From Actinomycetota bacterium (GTDB taxonomy: Bacteria; Actinomycetota; Thermoleophilia; Gaiellales; Gaiellaceae): 41,202 bases of DNA. The translations under genes were made by a program, and so were the position numbers. The notes under the pieces were generated by a model. That model did no database searches, had not been told where the DNA came from, and saw only the letters and a list, made by a program, of their open reading frames with translations. The stretch's first letter is position 1, and every line of letters begins with the position of its first letter. The stretch covers positions 1 to 41,202 of the forward strand of contig JACDAN010000030.1 in the NCBI GenBank assembly GCA_013695385.1. Reading direction: 5' to 3'. This document shows positions 35,032 to 41,202 of this stretch, in pieces.

Positions 35032-36033
35032 ATGCGAATTCTCGTCACCGGCGCGGCCGGATTCATCGGCTCGAACTTCGTCCACTACTGGCTGGAGCGC
35101 CATCCCGGCGACGAGGTGATCGCGCTCGATCTGCTGACGTACGCCGGCAACCGAGCGAACCTCGAGGACGTCGAGGAGCCAATCACGTTCGTCGAGGGCG
35201 ACATCGCGGACGCCGATCTGGGTCGGCGCCTGTTCGAAGATCACGGCGCCGACGTCGTCGTTAATTTCGCCGCCGAGTCCCACAACAGCCTTGCCGTCGT
35301 CGACCCGAGCCGTTTCTTCCGCACGAACGTGATCGGAACTCAGACGCTGCTGGACGCCGCTCGCCAGACCGGAACGGTCAAGCGGTTCCATCATGTCTCG
35401 ACTTGCGAGGTCTACGGCGATCTCGCGCTGGACACGGACGAGGTGTTCACGGAAGACTCTCCGTACGAGCCACGGACGCCGTACAACGCCTCGAAGGCCG
35501 GTGCCGACCACGCCGTGCGCGCGTACCACGAGACCTATGGGCTCCCGATCTCGATTACGAACTGCTCGAACAACTACGGGCCGTACCAGTTCCCGGAGAA
35601 GGTGATCCCGCTCTTCGTGACCAACGCGCTGGACGACAAGCCGCTGCCGATGTACGCGTCGACGCAGAACAAACGCGAGTGGCTGCACGTCCGCGATCAC
35701 TGCCGCGCGATCGAACTCGTCCTCCAGTCGAACAAAGTGGGCGAGACGTACAACGTCGGATCAGGAGTCGAGGCCTCGATCGAAGAGATCGCCGACCTCG
35801 TCCTGAAACACACCGCCAAGCCGCACTCGCTGAAGACGATCGTCCCGGACCGGCCGGGCCACGACCGCCGCTACCTCCTCGACTCGTCGAAGCTGCGCCG
35901 GGAGCTCGGCTGGGAGCCGGAGATCGGCTGGGAGGACGGCCTGCGTGAGACCGTGGAGTGGTATGCGGCGAACCGCGAGTGGTGGGAGCCGCTCCGCGAT
36001 CGCGCCCCGGTCGAGGAAACTGCCTGGCGCTAA
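35032..36033 (+). CDS. rfbB: dTDP-glucose 4,6-dehydratase
   Basis: Contains ILVTGAAGFIGSNF, HVSTCEVYG and YNASKAG (YxxxK). Confidence 0.95.
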   Translation: MRILVTGAAGFIGSNFVHYWLERHPGDEVIALDLLTYAGNRANLEDVEEPITFVEGDIADADLGRRLFEDHGADVVVNFAAESHNSLAVVDPSRFFRTNVIGTQTLLDAARQTGTVKRFHHVSTCEVYGDLALDTDEVFTEDSPYEPRTPYNASKAGADHAVRAYHETYGLPISITNCSNNYGPYQFPEKVIPLFVTNALDDKPLPMYASTQNKREWLHVRDHCRAIELVLQSNKVGETYNVGSGVEASIEEIADLVLKHTAKPHSLKTIVPDRPGHDRRYLLDSSKLRRELGWEPEIGWEDGLRETVEWYAANREWWEPLRDRAPVEETAWR

Positions 36034-36809
36034 CCGCGCAAGCGCTCGAGACAGGCGCGTAGCCCCTCGCGCCAGTGAGGCAGCTGCGGCGCCCGCGGGC
36101 GCTCGCTCCGAAGCACCGAGTACGCCGGCCGGGGAGCGGGCGCGCCGAAGTCCGCAGCCGTAATGCGCCGAACCCGGCAATCCAGGTCTGCCTCCTCGAA
36201 GATCGCCTCCGCGAAGTCGGCCCAGGTGCAATTCCCCTCGGCCGCCACATGCCAGACGCCGCCCGAGAGGTCTGAAAGCTGCCGGGTCGCCTCCGCGAGA
36301 TGACCGACGTACGTGGGCGATCCGCGCTGATCGTCGACGACGGAAACCTCCGCGCGCTCGGCGCCCAGACGCAGCATCGTCCTCACGAAGTTGCTGCCGC
36401 TCCAGCCGAAGAGCCAGGAAGAGCGGACGATCCACCCCTCGCCGATCTCCTGCTCCCCCTCGAGCTTCGTTCGGCCGTAGACGGAGAGGGGGCCTGTAGG
36501 GTCGGACTCGACGTAGGGCTCCCGCTTCCGGCCGTCGAAGACGTAGTCGGTCGAGTAGTAGACGACCGGCGAGCCGAGCTCGACGACGTTGCGTGTCCCG
36601 AGCACGTTCGCACGCCGCGCCCCCTCGGGGTCCCCCTCTGCGTCGTCCACCTTCGTCCAGGCCCCCGCATGGAGGACCAGCTCCGGACGCTCGTCGAGCG
36701 GATATGGATCGGCCACGTCCCACTCGCGCCGCGTAAGGGCTCGGGCGCCCGGGAACACCTCCGCCAGCGCCGAGCCGAGCTGGCCGCCGGCGCCGGTGAT
36801 GAGCCTCAA
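36030..36809 (-). CDS. rfbD: dTDP-4-dehydrorhamnose reductase
   Basis: Contains ITGAGGQLG, STDYVFDG and YGRTKLEGE. The TTG start overlaps the rfbA stop (TTGA). Confidence 0.9.
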   Translation of the reverse strand: MRLITGAGGQLGSALAEVFPGARALTRREWDVADPYPLDERPELVLHAGAWTKVDDAEGDPEGARRANVLGTRNVVELGSPVVYYSTDYVFDGRKREPYVESDPTGPLSVYGRTKLEGEQEIGEGWIVRSSWLFGWSGSNFVRTMLRLGAERAEVSVVDDQRGSPTYVGHLAEATRQLSDLSGGVWHVAAEGNCTWADFAEAIFEEADLDCRVRRITAADFGAPAPRPAYSVLRSERPRAPQLPHWREGLRACLERLRG

Positions 36810-37546
36810 GGCTTGTTGGCGCCGTTTGCCCGGACGAAGTCGTTGACCGCGTAGTACGCGTCGATCGACTCGCCCGCGTCGCCCCAGAACCCCTCGAGAA
36901 CGTCGTACTCCATCGTTCCGCGATCGATGAACCAGTTGTTGACGTCCGTGATCTCGAGCTCTCCGCGGCCCGACGGCGCGAGCTCGGGAATGATCTCGAA
37001 GACAGCCGACTCGTAGAAGTAGATGCCGGTCACGGCGAAGTTGCTCGGCGGCTCGGCGGGCTTCTCCAGGATCCTCACGACACGGTCACCGTCGAGCTGC
37101 GGGACGCCGAGGTGGCGAAGGTGCTCGGGATCGTTTTCCGGCGAGAGGAGGATTCGCGCGCCTGTGCCCTGGTCGCGGAAGTTGCTCACCGCGTGCGCGA
37201 TCGAGTTCTCGAGCACGTTGTCGGCCAGCATCACGACGATCGGATCACCCCCGGCGAACCGCTCGGCCAGCCCCAAGGCCTCCGCGATGCCCCCTGCCCG
37301 CTCCTGATACGCGTATGACAGGCGGTCGATTCCCCATTCATGGCCGTTGCCGAGGAGCCTCAGGAATTCCCCGGCGTGCGTGCCGCCGGTCACGACCATC
37401 AGCTCGCGGATGTCGCAGTCGACGAGCGCTTCGATGGCATAGGTGACCATCGGGCGATCGTAGATCGGAAGCAGGTGCTTGTTCGTGATCCGCGTCAGCG
37501 GATGAAGTCGGGTTCCGCTGCCGCCGGCGAGGATGACTCCTTTCAT
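36806..37546 (-). CDS. rfbA: Glucose-1-phosphate thymidylyltransferase-like sugar nucleotidyltransferase
   Basis: Trimmed to the ATG at 37546. Contains MKGVILAGGSGTRLHPLT..NKHLLPIYD. Confidence 0.85.
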   Translation of the reverse strand: MKGVILAGGSGTRLHPLTRITNKHLLPIYDRPMVTYAIEALVDCDIRELMVVTGGTHAGEFLRLLGNGHEWGIDRLSYAYQERAGGIAEALGLAERFAGGDPIVVMLADNVLENSIAHAVSNFRDQGTGARILLSPENDPEHLRHLGVPQLDGDRVVRILEKPAEPPSNFAVTGIYFYESAVFEIIPELAPSGRGELEITDVNNWFIDRGTMEYDVLEGFWGDAGESIDAYYAVNDFVRANGANKP

Positions 37547-37593
37547 GGCCGCGCGATGGTACTCCCCGGGGCACAGCGGGTAGGTTGAGGGCG

Positions 37594-37809
37594 ATGAGCG
37601 ACCACGAAGACGAACGGATCGTCGAGCCCGAAGCCGGCGTGATGTCGGGCGACGACGACGTTCTGAGCCAGCCGGCTCCGCCGCTCGACCCGTACACGCC
37701 CGAGCCCGGCCCCGGTCCGGGCGAGCAGCGCGCATTCAACGTCCTGCGCTGGGCCTGGATACCGGTCATCTTCGCCGTCCTGCTGATCGTCGTCGCGCTC
37801 TTTCGTTAG
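37594..37809 (+). CDS. Small acidic protein with a C-terminal TM anchor (hypothetical)
   Basis: Acidic, Pro-rich N-terminal part, then WAWIPVIFAVLLIVVALF. The start is ATG 37594 or TTG 37585. Confidence 0.45.
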   Translation: MSDHEDERIVEPEAGVMSGDDDVLSQPAPPLDPYTPEPGPGPGEQRAFNVLRWAWIPVIFAVLLIVVALFR

Positions 37810-37871
37810 GGGTTAGCGCCCCGGGGCAGAGACGGGGAGACAGCCCGTCGAGGCTACGATTGAAGGGCCCG

Positions 37872-38303
37872 ATGCCACGCAGGAGAGACTTGAAGGACGA
37901 GATCGACGAGCTGTTCGCAGACCTCTGGCAGGTCTCGCGGCTCACCGGCGTGCGGCGAGGATTTCGACCCGCTCTCGATTGCTTCCGCACCGACGACCCG
38001 GCGGCCTTCACCGTCGTGGTCGACATTGCAGGCGTGGCGGCGGAGCGGGTCAGGGTCACGACTGCCGACCGCACTCTCGTGATCGCGGGCGAGCGGCGGC
38101 GCGAGGACTGTGGCGGCCGCAGCTACCAGCACATGGAGATCGAGCATGGGGCATTCGAGCGGATCGTGCAGCTCCCCGACGACGCAGACCCCCGCGAGGC
38201 CCACGCGAGCTACGAGCACGGGCTCCTCCGCATCGTGATTCCGATCGCAACACGCGCGTCACGGATCGGCCCGGTGCCGATCGAATTCAAGAGGGACGCA
38301 TGA
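37872..38303 (+). CDS. Hsp20/alpha-crystallin small heat-shock protein
   Basis: Alpha-crystallin domain: ...FTVVVDIAGV..ERVRV......LVIAGERR....E...G.F.R...LP.......A.YE.GLL.I.IP. The start is ATG 37872 or TTG 37860. Confidence 0.85.
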   Translation: MPRRRDLKDEIDELFADLWQVSRLTGVRRGFRPALDCFRTDDPAAFTVVVDIAGVAAERVRVTTADRTLVIAGERRREDCGGRSYQHMEIEHGAFERIVQLPDDADPREAHASYEHGLLRIVIPIATRASRIGPVPIEFKRDA

Positions 38304-40723
38304 CCGACATCGAGTTCGAGCCCACGGAGATCGCCGACAGCGACGAGGTCGCCCTTCCGCCGTCGCTCGCCGTCCTTCCGCTGAAGGAGACGGTCGTGTT
38401 CCCCGACTCGGCGACCCCGCTGGCGATCGGCCAGGAGCGTTCGGTGCGGCTGATCGACGACGTCGTGGCAAAGGACCGGTTACTCGCGCTCGTGACGGTC
38501 AAGACACCCGACATCGACGAGCCCGGGTGGGACGACCTCTACGCGGTCGGTACAGCCGCGATCGTCCACAAGCTGATCAAGGTCCCCGACGGGACACTCC
38601 GCATCCTCGTCCAGGGAGTCAAGCGGATCCGCCTCGACAAGCCGCTCGAGGACGCCCCCTACCTGGTCGGCGCCTTCAGCGAACTGCCCGACCTGCTCGT
38701 CGAGACGCCCGAGCTCGAGGCACTCCGGCGCAACGTGCAGATGCTGTACGGGCGCATCGTCGGCCTCGTCCCCTACCTCCCGGCCGAGCTCGAGCTCGCC
38801 GCCGCGAACGTCGACGACCCGAGCGCGCTCTCACACCTCGTCGCTTCGACACTCCGGCTCAAGACAGACGAGAAGCAGCGGCTGCTCGAGCTTCCCGACG
38901 TCGAGGAGCGCCTCCGTGAGATCTCGAAGGTCATGAACCGCGAGCTCGAAGTCTTCGAGCTCGGGACGAAGATCCAGTCACAGGTTCAGTCGGAGCTCGA
39001 GAAGGGTCAGCGCGAGTACTTCTTGCGCCAGCAGCTGAAAGCGATCCAGGAGGAGCTCGGCGAGGGCGACCCCGAGCAAGCCGAGTTTCGCGAGCTGCAG
39101 GAGCGAGTCGCGGCAGTCGAGCTTCCCGAGGACATTCGCAAAGCGGTGGACCGCGAGGTCGGGCGGCTCGAGCGTCTCCCCTCGGCCGCCGCCGAGTACG
39201 GCGTCATCCGCACCTACCTCGAATGGATCCTTTCTCTCCCGTGGACGCAGACGACCGAGGACAATCTGGATCTCGACCACGCTCGAGCGGTCCTCGACGA
39301 GGATCATTACGACCTCGAGAAAGTCAAGGACCGCATCATCGAGTACCTCGCAGTTGCCAAGCTGCGCGGCGACGTCTCCGGGTCGATCCTGTGCTTCGTG
39401 GGCCCTCCGGGGGTCGGCAAGACGTCGCTCGGCCAGTCGATCGCACGGACGCTCGGGCGGAAGTTCGTCCGCATCTCCGTCGGAGGGGTGCGCGACGAGG
39501 CGGAGATCCGTGGCCACCGGCGCACATATATCGGCGCGATGCCCGGCTCCATCATCCGCGCCCTGCGAGACGCCGAGGCGCGAAACCCGGTGTTTCTCAT
39601 CGACGAGATCGACAAGATGGGTGCCGACTACCGCGGCGACCCCGCCAGCGCGATGCTCGAGTTGCTCGACCCGGAGCAGCACTCCACGTTCCGCGACCAC
39701 TACCTCGATCTCCCGTTCGACCTCACGAAGGTTCTCTTCGTCTGCACCGCGAACCAGGTCGAGACGATTCCGGCGCCGCTCCTCGACCGGATGGACGTAA
39801 TTCATCTCTCGGGCTATACCGAGGACGAGAAACTCGGAATCGCCCGCCGCTACCTCGCCCCGAAGCAGGTCGAGGCGCACGGGTTGAAGGATTCTCAGGC
39901 GTCGTTCACGGAGGGCGGGCTCCGAACGGTGATCCGCGAGTACACGCGGGAGGCCGGTGTTCGGAACCTGGAGCGGCAGATCGCTGCGCTCTGTCGAAAA
40001 GCAGCCCTTCGAGTCGCCGAGGGAAAGGCGCGCGGAACCGCGAGGATCGACGAGCGGCGCGTCCGCAGCTGGCTCGGCCCCCGCCGCTTCGCCGGCGAGG
40101 TGCGCAAACGGACATCCGATCCCGGCGTCGCCACCGGCCTCGCTGTCACCGCCACGGGCGGCGACATCCTCTTCATCGAGGCGAGCGCGTACCCGGGCCG
40201 AGGACGACTGAAGGTGACCGGACAGCTCGGCGAGGTGATGCAGGAGTCCGCCCAGGCCGCGCACTCCTGGGTTCGCTCGCACGCGGAAGAGCTCGCCCTC
40301 CCTCCGGAGTGGTTCGCGGAGCACGACATCCACGTGCACGTCCCGGCCGGAGCGGTGCCGAAGGACGGCCCCTCCGCCGGAGTGACGATGGTGACCGCGA
40401 TCGTCTCGCTGATCAGCGCGAGACCGGTCTCGGAGGATGTGGCCATGACCGGCGAGGTGACGCTGTCCGGGCAGGTCCTGGGAGTCGGCGGGGTGCGCGA
40501 GAAGGTTCTCGCAGCGCAACGGGCCGGAATCGACCGGGTCGTCGTCCCCCGTGAGAACGAGCCTGACCTCGCGGAGCTCCCGGCCGAGACCCGGAAGGAG
40601 ATCGAGTTCGTCCTGGCGGACACGGTCGACGAAGTGCTGGCCGCCGCGCTGGACGGAGCAAAGCCCTCGCAGGCCTCCCGGCAAGTAGGATCGCCTGAGC
40701 GCAAGGCCGCTCTACCAGCGTAG
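38300..40723 (+). CDS. lon: ATP-dependent Lon protease
   Basis: The ATG overlaps the hsp20 stop (ATGA). Contains LAVLPLKETVVFP, Walker A GPPGVGKTS and the catalytic PKDGPSAG. Confidence 0.95.
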   Translation: MTDIEFEPTEIADSDEVALPPSLAVLPLKETVVFPDSATPLAIGQERSVRLIDDVVAKDRLLALVTVKTPDIDEPGWDDLYAVGTAAIVHKLIKVPDGTLRILVQGVKRIRLDKPLEDAPYLVGAFSELPDLLVETPELEALRRNVQMLYGRIVGLVPYLPAELELAAANVDDPSALSHLVASTLRLKTDEKQRLLELPDVEERLREISKVMNRELEVFELGTKIQSQVQSELEKGQREYFLRQQLKAIQEELGEGDPEQAEFRELQERVAAVELPEDIRKAVDREVGRLERLPSAAAEYGVIRTYLEWILSLPWTQTTEDNLDLDHARAVLDEDHYDLEKVKDRIIEYLAVAKLRGDVSGSILCFVGPPGVGKTSLGQSIARTLGRKFVRISVGGVRDEAEIRGHRRTYIGAMPGSIIRALRDAEARNPVFLIDEIDKMGADYRGDPASAMLELLDPEQHSTFRDHYLDLPFDLTKVLFVCTANQVETIPAPLLDRMDVIHLSGYTEDEKLGIARRYLAPKQVEAHGLKDSQASFTEGGLRTVIREYTREAGVRNLERQIAALCRKAALRVAEGKARGTARIDERRVRSWLGPRRFAGEVRKRTSDPGVATGLAVTATGGDILFIEASAYPGRGRLKVTGQLGEVMQESAQAAHSWVRSHAEELALPPEWFAEHDIHVHVPAGAVPKDGPSAGVTMVTAIVSLISARPVSEDVAMTGEVTLSGQVLGVGGVREKVLAAQRAGIDRVVVPRENEPDLAELPAETRKEIEFVLADTVDEVLAAALDGAKPSQASRQVGSPERKAALPA

Positions 40724-40793
40724 TTTCGCGTTTGCGTCAGGCTCCGCGCGGGTACCGGCCGAGGCAAAAGCGACTGAAAGGACGGCCGCCTAC

Positions 40794-41198
40794 ATGGCCA
40801 AGGCAAAGGACAGAGTCTCTGACATGAGGCCCTACGTCAGACGCGCGATCCAGGATGAGGAGGTTCGAGAGAACGTCAAGAGCGCGATCGCGGCAGCCCG
40901 AGAGATCTACGGCGAGTTGCTCGGCGGACGGAGCACGACCGCCGTCGCCGCGCGAGTCGCGACCGACAAGGACATTCAGAACAACCTCAAGGAAGCGATC
41001 GAGGATCTTCGCAAGGCCTCGGATCGCATCCAGGGCAAGAAGGAGCACTCGACGCGGAACTCCACGCTGCTCATCGCGGGGATCGCGCTCGGGATCCTCT
41101 TCAACCCCATGACCGGATCGCAGACCCGACAGTGGATCTCGACGAAACTGCTCGGCGACGACGAGAGTACTTCGGGCAGCTCGAACAACGATCGCTAG
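40794..41198 (+). CDS. Hypothetical protein with one TM helix (YtxH-like general-stress style)
   Basis: Helical, charged N-terminal region, then LLIAGIALGILFNP. I recognised no catalytic motifs. Confidence 0.55.
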   Translation: MAKAKDRVSDMRPYVRRAIQDEEVRENVKSAIAAAREIYGELLGGRSTTAVAARVATDKDIQNNLKEAIEDLRKASDRIQGKKEHSTRNSTLLIAGIALGILFNPMTGSQTRQWISTKLLGDDESTSGSSNNDR

Positions 41199-41202
41199 AC
41201 AC

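Noticed and set aside
33514-35700. 728-aa minus-strand ORF opposite the Ser/Thr kinase and rfbB
   Set aside because: It is a shadow ORF. The plus-strand frames contain complete Hanks kinase and SDR dehydratase motifs.
37810-37871. TTAGCGCCC upstream of hsp20 as a CIRCE or HAIR heat-shock operator
   Set aside because: It does not form the TTAGCACTC-N9-GAGTGCTAA inverted repeat or the CTTGAGT-N7-ACTCAAG HAIR motif.
1-41202. CRISPR arrays, rRNA genes, IS elements and long tandem repeats
   Set aside because: I saw no regularly spaced direct repeats, transposase-like ORFs or rRNA-like sequence while reading either strand.

Overview
This is a very GC-rich, densely packed bacterial chromosome segment. 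Gene content suggests a deep-branching Actinomycetota lineage, but that is inference only. Many long ORFs in the six-frame track are antisense shadows.

Supported content, left to right:
- A split Fe-S (SUF) assembly cluster on the minus strand, in the order sufC-sufB-VOC-sufD, then sufS-sufU-Rieske-methyltransferase.
- The split is interrupted by a dipZ-padR-HAAS membrane operon and a plus-strand cytochrome c lipoprotein fused to a Cys-rich repeat domain.
- tatA-tatC-TPR-STAS-dihaem cytochrome c on the plus strand.
- An aa3-type cytochrome oxidase operon (ctaC-ctaD-x-ctaE-x) with two interleaved genes carrying three copies of an unassigned USP-like domain.
- A small membrane protein, a sensor-less histidine kinase, an M23 peptidase and sodA.
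- tRNA-Lys(CTT), followed by a 3.6-kb islet bounded by a 43-nt copy of the tRNA 3' half.
- A UDP-sugar (Wbp-like) gene set, a SpoIID-S8 protease pair, a Ser/Thr kinase, rml genes, and hsp20-lon.

The most unusual locus is the tRNA-Lys islet at 21.5-25.2 kb. It has no recombinase and carries one leaderless protein with the full CLCA-type protease-VWA architecture. It also holds about 1 kb of decayed coding sequence and three copies of a 19-nt double-GGTCAAC motif, each near an att-like core. Second in interest are the oxidase operon with embedded paralogous USP-like genes and the cytochrome c/Cys-repeat fusion. I saw no CRISPR array, transposase or rRNA.
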